Shown here one piece after another: positions 11,401 to 23,700 of a stretch of DNA of 34,952 bases (its first letter is position 1; each line of letters starts with the position of its first letter). A model generated the notes under the pieces. The model was not told where the DNA came from and did no database searches. It worked only from the letters and a program-made list of their open reading frames with translations. A program made the position numbers and the translations under genes. Source of the stretch: Candidatus Altimarinota bacterium. GTDB lineage: Bacteria; Patescibacteriota; Gracilibacteria; BD1-5; UBA2023. The stretch lies in contig SSGK01000012.1 in assembly GCA_008015855.1 (NCBI GenBank), forward strand, positions 1 to 34,952, given 5' to 3'.

Positions 11401-14400
11401 TTCCAGAAAAACTCCAGAAGCTTCTTACTTGGAAACAACGATATATTGAACAAATTGTATGTAATATTCGAACGATTGAAAAAATGCTTGGCGGATGGTT
11501 GAAAGATAATGCAAAGCGTTTCAAGAAGTGGGTAGAATTCATCATTATTATTAAGTCAATCCTCAAGGGGTGGCAAGCAATTATCGATTTGTTTTCTGGA
11601 TATCAGCAATCATGTGCGGTATGTAAGAATGAACGATATGATCTTCGTACATGGAAGGTTCGACTTCTTTCCATGCTTATACCAAAGATTCCTGTTATTA
11701 AATTTCCTCGATGGCCTGATATTGTCTTAGATTTACATAATATTCGCCTTGGTCTTGATATCGTCATGCCGGAATTTACTATTAAGCCAGTGCCAATTAT
11801 TTTACCGAATTTGCCAAAGCTTTTCCTTCCTGATGCGCCAAATGCGCTCATTAATATTCCAGCTATACCGACGCTTCCAGCCCTTCCAAATCTTCCAAAT
11901 CTTCCGGATCTTCCATCGCTTCCTCGTATTGAGCTTCCAAATCTTCCTCCACCACCAAAGATTCCAAATCTCTTTGGAGGAATAGCAGGAGTTCTCGATA
12001 TATTAAAACTCCTTATCAAGGTAGTGTGTTATATGCAAAATACACCACTTGTTCCAGAATGATATGCTGGTGAGAGAATTGCACAACTTACTCAAAGACA
12101 AGGAAAAAACCCTCTCGACTTCCTCAATCTTGATATGGCATCTATGGCCGATCTTCAGATTCCTGGTATGAAAGAAATACGGGTAAGTACGTATTTAAAC
12201 CTTGAATTAAAGACCGATTTTATTGCAGAGGCTGCTCGACAGATTGTTCGTCCAATTAATGAGTTTGGTGCAGACATGCGATGACTTCTTCCAAAAGAAG
12301 TAGGGACGACTGTTGATATGCGAAACACGGTTCCAAAGAATATTCGCTTGAATTATAATTCAGAAACATTGAAAAAATGAGATGCAACACTCTTTGGAAT
12401 TATTTGAGATAAGGATTTAGGAGAATCAGATATTGAAGAATTCAAGAAGATTTTTATTTCGGAAGTGAACAAGATAGAGAATCCATTTGTAAGAAAGCAA
12501 TTTCTTGATATCTATTCTGAAATGATTCATCCTGAGATGGGAGATGCAAATGAATTCATTGCTTCTCTTGAAAAAGATCAGAAAGAAAGATTCCAGGAAA
12601 TTTATGATTATCTTGATTCCGAACAGAAGGAAGTTCAGAATTTTGAAAATGAATTGAATCGACTTATAAAGAATTATAGTAATTCGGATCTTCTCTCTCG
12701 TTTCTCTCCAAGCACATCAGTACAAATGGCTGAGAGTTCTCAATCGAATAATGCAATAAATCCGTATATCGAGAAGATTAATGCTCGTTCCGAATGAGTA
12801 TTTGATGCTCTTTATCAAGGTAAAAAAGATTCATATGTATCCGCACTGGAAACAGAAGGTACTATATTGAGTAATAAATTACGTTCCATGAGGCTTGCTG
12901 TAAATGATGGAATAAACACTTCTTCTGAATACAATCCAATGAAATCATGAGATACTTCTGTACCAACCTCTGTATATCAAGGAGTGTATGCGATTGATAG
13001 TGGTTGAAATCGAGTATGGCTATTTGATTATTTTGATGAATTAAATGGGGAAGAAGAGATTATACGTGTTGATTATGATAATGATGGAGATAGAGACTAT
13101 CTTTACATGAATGGGAATGGAATATTCTTGAAAGAAAATCATGAATTTACTCCTCATAAAAATCGTGATACGGCTGTTCAAGAGATTTCAAGCATCTCTC
13201 TTGAGGATGAATTACTTTCTCCTGCACCGAATTATTTTCATGAAGCAATTACCACGCCGAATAGTATTAATGTTACGTTTGCCCCTATTCGGAAAGAGCT
13301 TGATGATTACTTCCGATTGGAGTATTACAACAGAATTTATGAATTCGATCTCAATACCTCTATTCCACAAAACTCTTCTTCATGAAGACATGTGGTTGAT
13401 TTAACACCTGTTTTACCACAGAGTGATGGTGATAGAGAGCTCCTTTCTTGAGCAATAGTAATGAAAAATAGGGCATATGTTGATAATATGGTCTGAGATG
13501 TTTTAATATTTGGTCCAAAACTTATTAAAAAATCTTCAAATGATAGCGCATTTGGAGTTTCTGTATGAAGAGATGTATATGTATGAAACTCATCAGCCAC
13601 CATCTCTTATCGCAATAAAAATACTGATACTTGGAATGAAGTTACCCTCCCAAAAAATATACGAATTCGATTCCAATCTGCCATGGAGGTTCGAGTAGAG
13701 TCGGGAATACTTTATATTAACAATGGTATAAATTCAGATACTCCAATGAGTATATATGAATATGAGAAATGATTCCCTATTTTACCGGATATGAAGATTG
13801 TTCCGGCTCCAGGTACGAATGCTCGTGTTGATATTTATGCTAATGGGGTAATGGATAGCGTATTTGGCTGACAGGATTATCGTATGATTAATCTCTGAAC
13901 AAAGAGTTCTTATTATTCGGTTGCATTTGATGAAGAAAATGCATGGTACCATGCTCGAATGTCTACTATTTATCCAGAGGGACGAACATCAAACGTTGCT
14001 CTCACTCTTATGTCTCCTCAATTTGAGTCAGACAATGAGCCTCCATTCTTTGATATGGATAGAACACTCTATGTTCCTGTGTATACCAGTAAAACCTTGG
14101 AACTTCTTGACCTTATTCAGGATACATCTGGCTTATCCGAAATACAAATGGATATTGATGTATCATCGGATGCAAATGGAAATGGAATTGTAGATGATGA
14201 TTTTGTGTCGTTATCTGATCCGAGTCTATCATCCATTCCACTTTCTCTTGTCTCAAATAGTGATTTTGTTGTAAAACTTTGAATCTTTGAAAAATTATGA
14301 ATTCACCAGGTTCGAATCAAAGCAGTCGATAACAATAATAATAGCTCAGAAATGAATGTCTCAATTATTGTTTACGCTCCAATTCCAACTATTGAATGAA

Positions 14401-15071
14401 CAGAGAATAATACGCTCTCTGGTTATCTTGATGAAACCGTTTATGGTGAACCAGTTGATATCGTTCGTGTGAGAGATGGAAATACTTCAATTGTGAAGCC
14501 AGCAACTCCACAAAAATATGATGCTGTTATATCACTTACAGGATGATTCTTTACGGGATCATATAATTCAAATATTCTGACAGCTTCCGGACAGGTTTCT
14601 ATTAAGGATGGAGAAAATGAGGCATGAATTGTTCGGGAGGATACTTGAAAGATTCAAAGCTCTCGTTCAATTGATGTAATTCCTGCGACAGCTGATGCTC
14701 CAATGCAATTAAAAATGGATAATGTGTACTATCAAAATATTATACTGAATCCAAAAACAACCAAGTTCTACTCTACTTCAGATTTTGGAAGAGTTTCTGA
14801 TGAGGGTGTATACATTAAGATGGAAAATCCAGCATACTCATATATTCAAAATCCACTCACTTCACTTCTTTTACCAGGAGGAATAAGTGTTATATCATGA
14901 AATGAATTTATATTTGGAATTGCGACAGATGGAAACATCTATACAAATGCGACAAATATAACATTTGAATACACTTCTTTAGGAAATTATATTATCATCA
15001 AGGCAAAACAAAACACTGATACTATTGCTGAAATTTTCTATAAGATACAAGGTATATTTGTTGCCCGCTAG
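2403..15071 (+). CDS. Giant (4,222 aa) secreted or membrane-associated multi-domain adhesin-like protein. It has an N-terminal signal peptide, tandem Ig-like (Big-type) domains, FG-GAP/integrin-like and TSP3-like Ca-binding motifs, and a CARDB/DUF11-like domain. It also carries a central Cys/Gly/Pro-rich hydrophobic module, a coiled-coil, a CxxC and an LPxLP proline tract. Read with UGA=Gly.
   Basis: I walked phase 3 from ATG 2403 to TAG 15069-15071, codon by codon across every gap between the listed fragments and relying on the track for the fragments themselves. It contains no TAA or TAG, only TGA. All 12 large + strand fragments in the supplied track (3321, 4857, 5619, 7563, 9195, 9813, 10656, 11484, 12465, 13107, 13959, 14703) are in this same phase. 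The N-terminus MVEFAYSRIQKILSGILMFLIVFTQTFHVVWFQGVSAYA/SDY looks like a signal peptide. FG-GAP-like motifs are FDVNNDEWEDIVVFYNDG (8403-), GDFSGDGYEDIVVTDQKGKLILLDN (8550-), MDNDKNGAHDIDDLVVM (8721-) and VDYDNDGDRDYLYMNGNG (13068-). TSP3-like motifs are DENGNGIPDYVD (9831-9866) and DANGNGIVDDD (14169-14201). Confidence 0.85.
11874..11951 (+). repeat. Imperfect 9-bp (3-codon) tandem repeat CTTCCAAAT inside the giant ORF, encoding (L-P-x)n.
   Basis: The units are cttccagcc, cttccaaat, cttccaaat, cttccggat, cttccatcg, cttcctcgt, [attgag], cttccaaat, cttcctcca. They translate as LPALPNLPNLPDLPSLPRIELPNLPP. Confidence 0.8.
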
Positions 15072-15189
15072 AACAGAATAGGGCTCCATACTTGCAAAAA
15101 ATATTTTCTATTGTTTTTTAGAAGTTTTTTGCTATTATGCACGAACAAACTTTTCATTTTTATTAAAGAAATATTATCAATTTATTCGT

Positions 15190-16593
15190 ATGCTTCCAAG
15201 AGTTACTATAGTAGGACGTCCAAATGTTGGGAAATCAAGCCTTTTTAATATGCTCACGAGGCATAAGATTGCAATTGTCTCTGATATTGAAAATACAACG
15301 AGAGATATTATTGAGTATGAGGTATATGATCAAGATAACCATATGTCATATATTCTTTGTGATAGCGGTTGATTGGTAGTGGGTACACAAGAAAGCATTC
15401 TTGATGATGTTCGAAGTCGTGTAGATGATGCTATTGAATCATCTGACATTATTCTTTTCGTAATGGAATATAATAAGATTACGGAACTGGATGAGGTAAT
15501 TGCTAAGAAACTTCGAAAGAGTCGTAAGCCTATTATTCTTGTGGGAAATAAGGCTGATAATATGAATCGAGCCCTTGAATCATATGAACTTTTGTCTCTC
15601 GGATTTGGTGATGTTATTCCAACAAGTCCTGTGCAGCATAGAGGGATACAAGACTTACGAAATGCTCTTACTGTTGAATTGAAGGCAATTGGTTTTACTG
15701 AGACAGAAGAGAATCCAATGAAGGATAATTCTAAGCTTCACTTGGCAATTATTGGACGTCCAAATGTTGGAAAATCATCACTCGTAAATGCTCTTTCTGG
15801 AACCATGCGTTCTATCGTTAAGGATTTACCAGGGACAACCAGAGATTCCATTGATACCGTTATTGACTGGAATGGGGAAGAGATATGCCTCATCGATACT
15901 GCTGGTATTCGTCGTGCTGGAAAGATTTGAACTGCAAATATTGAACAATGGAGTGTTCTCCGTGCTGAGCGCGCAATTAGTCGATCTGATGTTGTTGCCG
16001 TTGTTATGGATGCTTTTGAATGAGTATCTCATCAAGATCAGATTATTGTATGAAAGGCTCTTGAAGAAAAGAAGGGAATTATTCTTGTGATGAATAAATG
16101 GGATAAGGTTCTTTCAAAACCAGGAGTAAATACGGAAACTATTTTGGATAGATATATGACGTATTTATCGAAGAAGTTCGATTTTCTTTCGTATGTTCCT
16201 GTTATATTTACTTCTGCGATTGATGGGAAGAGAATTGATCGTGTTTTTGAAAATGCGCTTCTTATTCGAAATGAGCGAAATAAGAGAGTGAAAACGGGGG
16301 TATTTAATAAATTTCTTGCACAAATTACTTATGAACATGCTCCAACGGGGAATAGAAAATCACATAAACCAAAGGTATATTACGGATCACAGGTAGATGT
16401 GAATCCACCGAAATTTGTTATTTCCGTAAATAACTCAGATCACTTCCACTTTTCTTATTCACGTTATATCGAGAATAAGATTCGAGAATTCTTTTCTTTT
16501 GAAGGAACTCCTATTATTGTTGAATTAAAGAGTCGTAAGAGTATTTATAAAAACAATGACAAGGATAGAAATAATGATGAATCAGATGAATAA
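15190..16593 (+). CDS. der: Ribosome-associated GTPase Der/EngA (two tandem GTPase domains plus a KH-like C-terminus).
   Basis: Domain 1 has G1 [10 protein letters not shown]3 D-S-G-G (15361-15372, the last Gly being TGA) and NKAD. Domain 2 has [16 protein letters not shown] and NKWD. Three track fragments (15190, 15373, 16087) share phase 1 and are joined by TGA. The stop is TAA 16591-16593. Confidence 0.95.
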
Positions 16594-17587
16594 GAAGTCT
16601 CTTTGGATATACTGTGCTATTGGTATCGTATATATTTTATTGAATGGTTGGCTCTCGGGAATACCTTCAATGCTTCAAATGTTGTTGCGTTCAATTATTC
16701 TCATTGCATTCCTCCTTTCTCCTTATTTCTTTTATACAACTCTTTTTCCATGAAAATGAGGGGTAAGAAGATTTATATCTCTGGCTATTCCTCTCTATTT
16801 TATAGGATTATTTTTAGAAATACTCCTTTTTATCATACTAATGGGGGTATCATATTATTATAATGCGCAATCTCCGGCAACAATGTCGCGTATTACACTT
16901 TCGAATTCCGAAAAGACGCTTATTTTTCAAGAGATGTCTCATATTGGAACAGAAAATTTTTATGCTTGTGCATGATCAGGGGTTTCAATGCTCTCAAATT
17001 CAGGATTTCAAGTATATTATGAAGGTGTTTGAAGTGGAACTGTTGAAAATATGAAGACCTTCCAGAAGATGCTTTGAATAGAATTTACCGATACTCTCTA
17101 TGAGAGTTTTGCTCAATCTATCTGAATGCGATCACAGAAATATGAATCGTTTATTCCATGAGAGATATTGCGTACGGCAAAAAATGTTGATATATGAATT
17201 GATACGATTGTTCAAATCGCAAATAGTAAGTACGGATCATGATTCTATAGGGAATCAGTTCCTCTTTCGATTGAATCGGATATTATAGGGTGAATATCTC
17301 AAATGACAGAAAATGAAAAGAGACTCTATTCCTATTTTATACGAGGTATCCTTAATATGATGGCTCATAATTCCCAAGAAATGTCGGTATTTTGAATGAA
17401 TCAGGAAATTATGGATGTAATACTTCATGAGAGAAATAAGGTAATTTCAGAGAAGATTCAAACATCCTCTGATAGGAAAATTATTGCTTTTTACGGTGCT
17501 CTTCATTTCAATGGAATATTCGAGGAACTAAAAAAACGTGATATTCGTTGGAAGGTGCTTCAGATAGAAAATTGTTATCCTTATTAA
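16586..17587 (+). CDS. Membrane protein with about 3 N-terminal TM helices and a soluble domain weakly resembling the TraB/GumN/Tiki (GxxH) superfamily. Function unknown.
   Basis: Phase 2 is open from 16556 to TAA 17585-17587 with TGA as sense. Hydrophobic segments are SLWIYCAIGIVYILLNGWLSGI, LLRSIILIAFLLSPYFFYTTLF and FISLAIPLYFIGLFLEILLFIILMGVSYYY. Candidate family motifs are LIFQEMSHIG and AFYGALHFNG. The start is uncertain (ATG at 16556, 16574, 16577 or 16586). I chose 16586, which gives MNKKS.. and an ATGAATAA overlap with the der stop. Confidence 0.6.
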
Positions 17588-17621
17588 AATACTCTTTTCA
17601 AGTTAAAACATGAAAGAGATT

Positions 17622-17650
17622 TTGATTTAAGCCTTGTTCATTTATAATAT
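17622..17650 (+). promoter_or_regulatory. Candidate promoter upstream of ftsH.
   Basis: TTGATT (17622-17627) is followed by TATAAT (17643-17648) after a 15-nt spacer, or by TAATAT (17645-17650) after a 17-nt spacer. This lies about 40 nt upstream of ATG 17690. Pattern match only. Confidence 0.3.
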
Positions 17651-17689
17651 ACACTACTTTTTTAATTTTAATTTAAATCTATTTTTCAG

Positions 17690-19634
<1,945 letters not shown>

Positions 19635-19636
<2 letters not shown>

Positions 19637-19666
19637 AAAAAATCAGGATTAATCCTGATTTTTTTT
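19635..19666. terminator. Perfect 32-nt palindrome serving as a bidirectional terminator between convergent ftsH and mutY.
   Basis: The sequence is aaaaaaaatcaggatt|aatcctgatttttttt. An A-run and a T-run flank the stem. The ftsH stop (19634-19636) and the mutY stop (19649-19651) both lie at or inside it. Confidence 0.75.
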
Positions 19667-20683
19667 ATATTGCTTTAAGATGTTTTGAATCTCTTTATCT
19701 TTTCTAAATCTTGCAAATTTGTGAGTTCCGGTCTGTATTTGAGCGTTACACGCGATATAAGGGTCCCCTTTATTATCGAGCCATTTATGATGTACCGGAC
19801 GAACTGATACCTCGAGTTCATATGTTTCCCGAAAATAGGATTGTACTCATTTTCGAATATCTGTTCATTCGAGGGGATTGAGAATAAAGGGTGTGTATTT
19901 TTCTATGTCTTTAGAAAAATATTCTCTATGATTTTCATGAAGAATAACGACAACTTTTGCATCCTGGAGTGGGAAATATATTTTTTTAACTTCTGCCATC
20001 TCTTCTTTTATTCATTCTGTTGTATAGAATAGGCTCTCCTTTAAAGGATATTCCTCCCAATTTATAAGGGTTTTATTGTTTACATCGATGATACTTGAAA
20101 AATCCATAAATGCCCCATTGATAATGGGTATATAGATTTGATTTTCCTTCTTTTTAAAAAATTGTTGAAAATCATAAGTAATCCCTTGCTTTATTTCCTT
20201 TGTTAATTTATTAAATCTGCTTCCAGTATAGTAGCGTGCAAATATTTTTTCTATATTGGTATCCCATGCAATTACTGGATTTCCTAATGCAAATGAGAGA
20301 ATAGCATTGGCTGTATATTCTCAGATTCATGGAAGTTTTATGAGTTCATCTTTTGTTTTTGGGAACACTCCATGGAACTCTTCTGATATAATTTTTGCAG
20401 TTTTTAGTAAATTTCTTGCACGAGAATAATAACCAAGTCATTGATAATAAGGAAAAAACTCATCATAGGATGCTTTTGCAAGGCAATGAATATTCGGATA
20501 TGCTTGAGTAATTCAGTTAAAGTATTCTATAACGCGTGACACCTGCGTTTGTTGGAGAAAGATTTCAGATAACCAAACATAATAACATCGTTGTTCTTCT
20601 GAATAATGTTCTAATCATCGCCAAGGAAGTGTTTTTCTTCCATTTATTTCATACCAGGAGAGAATTGTTTGAAATGGGAACAT
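19649..20683 (-). CDS. mutY: A/G-specific adenine DNA glycosylase MutY (344 aa) that lacks the four Fe-S cluster cysteines.
   Basis: Minus-strand translation gives ILSWYEINGRKTLPWR, catalytic-Glu motif VWLSEIFLQQTQV, YQGLGYYSRARNL, helix-hairpin-helix LPGIGEYTANAI (20321-20335, both Gly being TGA), catalytic-Asp motif AWDTNIEKIF, and a C-terminal MutT-like domain. I checked every in-frame triplet and found no TAA or TAG, and 8 TGA. An alternative in-frame ATG at 20731 would add 16 aa. Confidence 0.9.
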
Positions 20684-20766
20684 GAGGATAAAATTATTGA
20701 TTGGTTTGATTGATTTAATATTTTTTTTCATACAATGGTGAGTATATAATTTCTTCCCATTGGTAT

Positions 20767-23700
20767 ATGAAAAAAATATTTCAGTACTTTCTTGTTTTTA
20801 TTTGATTTATATCTGTAATTACATTAGGGGTGTATGCTCTTGATGTTCAGTCAAAGACGCTTACAACCGTTGTATCAGACGGTTATTATAGGGAAGGAAG
20901 CTCTTGGCGTTTTATAGTTTCTGAACCAAGACCATTTCTTGGGATTATTCCAGTTCAGGTAACAAAGAATTGTACTGATTTAAAGGATGTTGCATGTGCA
21001 TTACTCGATATTGATGCTATTCAAAAGAGTATAAAAATCAATTGACTTATTCAGAAGGAGCTCCCTAAGGGGATATCTGCTTCCCTTACGAATACCTATA
21101 CATTTATTTTGAATATTTTCCCTGAAGCAAATATTCGTGATGGTGATGAAATTCATGTAGATGTTGGAATTTATAACTCTCTTCAGAAAACAGGATACAA
21201 ATTAGCCCAAGATATAATTCTTGTGTACCGTAAAAATGATCCGATTCTTACAATTGATTCCATTTGAATACCGAAAAACAAAGAATATAGAGTAGTTGCT
21301 GAAGGTTTTCGTTCAACCAATATCCTTACAACGATAGATTTTTACACTCTACAAAGAAATGACCTTGGCCAGTGTAGTTTGGAATCTTCCAGGGATTTTC
21401 AGAATGCTTCTTTTGAAGTAACCGAGGCATTAAATGAAGGAATGAAATCAACTGCATACATTAAGATTCAATCACCAATTCAATATAATGCAGAATGTCT
21501 ATTTGCTTCAATAAATGGTGAAATGGCATTGGTGGAGAATATGACGATACCCGAGTTTACTGTATCTTGAGAGGTGTGAGTTCAGCTCTCCCCAGAACTT
21601 GATATGAAAACAGAGGTGACATTTTCATTCTCATCCCCCTTATTTATCGAGAGTGGTTCGGTAAATTCAGAAGAATTTATTGATAATCGAACGAAGGCAA
21701 AAGTTGAATTTTTGAAGCATCTTTCAATTTCTTCTTGAATTGAAGCAAAGATAGATGATTTGGTATTATATCCTAAGAAGGCAATACTTCTTTTACCACT
21801 TTTAGCTGATAAAAAATATTCATTTTCTCTTGATGAATTGGAAGATATATATGGTCAGATTACTTCTCTGGATTTTCCTGTGCAAGTAAAAAGAGAACCG
21901 TATCTTTCTGTAAAGACAAAAGAGCGATATCATACCTTCTCAAAACTGCAAAATCCTGAGTTCCAATTATATTCTTACTGAATAGGAACAGGATCTCAGG
22001 AGATTTCTGTTTGTCGAGTTTCTTTGGATAACTTTTCTCGTTTGGAACAGATATATGATGTTGGGAAGAAGGGTGATTCATGAATACTCTACAGTATTCT
22101 TTCTTCATCTTGATCAGGGGTATATGGTTGTGAAAAAACAATTCTTTCTATTCCAGAAGGAAGTTATTCATATAAATTCACGCTTCAAGATGTTCTAAAA
22201 AAGAAGGAAGTTGGTCAATATGTTCTCTTCTTTAGTAAGATCGAGGATATTACAAAGGCTCAAAACTTTGTAAAACCTATTCTATTCTCCATTTTAGATA
22301 CGAATATTGTCATGAAAGTATCACAAGAAGGTGATTCACTCTTTCTTGTAACGGATATCTATACCTGAAAACCGATGAAGGATCAGGAGATAATGGTATA
22401 TCAAAATATATCTCGTTCCGTTGAGAGAACGTGGAATTCTCAAAAAGGAATGTATGATCTAAAATATATTCCACTTGCGGAAAAAAGATTTTCGACATGA
22501 GTTTATATCTGAAAAACCAATAATGAAGGGTTTCTTCAGGTGAATCTAAAAAATTATATAAAAGATGGTGATCCATATAGTTTAACATTTGAAGATTGGT
22601 GGGGATCTCAAGAAGATGGATCATATCGTTCATTTGTGGCCGTTGTTCGATCTGACTCTCATTTTTGATTTGTAGTAAGTACCTGGAATGATGGAATCGC
22701 TCCTTGGAATTTTTGATTTGATACATCGGACACTCGTTATTATTATGGATCACTCCAGCGTTATAATGCATATATACATACAGATAGAATGCTGTATCTT
22801 CCTGGTGAAGAGGTATACATCCATGGAATATTGCGTGAAAATAATGGAAAATTAGTGGTTCCAAAGAATAAGAATTATACCGTTACGGTTACTGATTCAT
22901 TCTGAAAAACCCTTTCTTCTCAGGCTGTTCAGATAAATGAATTTGGAAGTTTCTCTGTAAAATCTTCATTACCAAAGGAGGCTGATATGGGAACTTATAC
23001 CGTTCAGCTGATTGGTGAAACTCCTGATACTTCTTATATTCCAGGGGGATATACTAACTTTCAGGTGGAAATTTTTAAAAATCCAACATTTCAAATTACG
23101 GTTGATGCTGAGTGAGTTGAACTCGATAATGGGATTATAACTGTTAAGAAAGAGGCAAATAAAGATGTTTCAAATTGGTGGTATGAGTCTGTTTACAATG
23201 GTGCATTTACTCTCAACGCAAAAGTGCTTGCACGATACTATAATGGAGCAATATTAAAGAATGCCAATTTTTCATATAAGATTTTAAGAAAAGAGTATTG
23301 GGGTGATAATTATTGGGCGGAATGTTTCTGGTGATGTTATTACGAATGAAATACAGAATTTTATACCGAATGAGTTTGAAGACTTGATGGGGATGGCTAT
23401 GGAATAATACGAACTCCTGTAGATTTTACTTCGTTTTATGCAGACTATAAATATATTATCGAGGTAACGGTAGTTGATCCACTTACCGGCGAGACTATTA
23501 CGAGCGCCTGAAATCTTATTGTAAAACTTCCCGCTGAAATAAAGGAATACAATCCAGCGAGTATTGCAAATGTTGTTCCTGATAGGAAATTTATTTCAGC
23601 TTGAGATGTATTTCGTGCTTGAATACGATTTAATGATACCCCATGGAAGCTTGGCTATAACAATAAATATGAATATAAGATTGTTGCAAAGCAGTATACA

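Noticed and set aside
11603-12019. 138-aa minus-strand ORF rich in G/R/S.
   Set aside because: It is the antisense mirror of the LPxLP proline tract and 9-bp repeat of the giant ORF. The low-complexity translation is an artefact of the repeat.
15072-15189. Terminator or promoter elements between the giant ORF and der.
   Set aside because: Only a weak 5-bp stem with a 26-nt loop (aatag/ctatt), and poor -10 hexamers behind TTGCAA and TTGCTA. This is not convincing enough to annotate.
20684-20731. Longer MutY N-terminus starting at ATG 20731 (MKKNIKSIKPINNFIL-).
   Set aside because: Not excluded, but the conserved MutY core begins right after Met 20683. The extension would leave only 35 bp for the divergent A2M/mutY promoters. 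It is kept as an alternative start in the feature note.
22310-22864. 184-aa minus-strand ORF, the longest minus-strand ORF and nearly the longest ORF in the standard-code track.
   Set aside because: It lies antisense to well-conserved MG domains of the alpha-2-macroglobulin gene (phase 1, + strand), has odd composition and shows no recognisable motif. It is a shadow ORF in AT-rich DNA.
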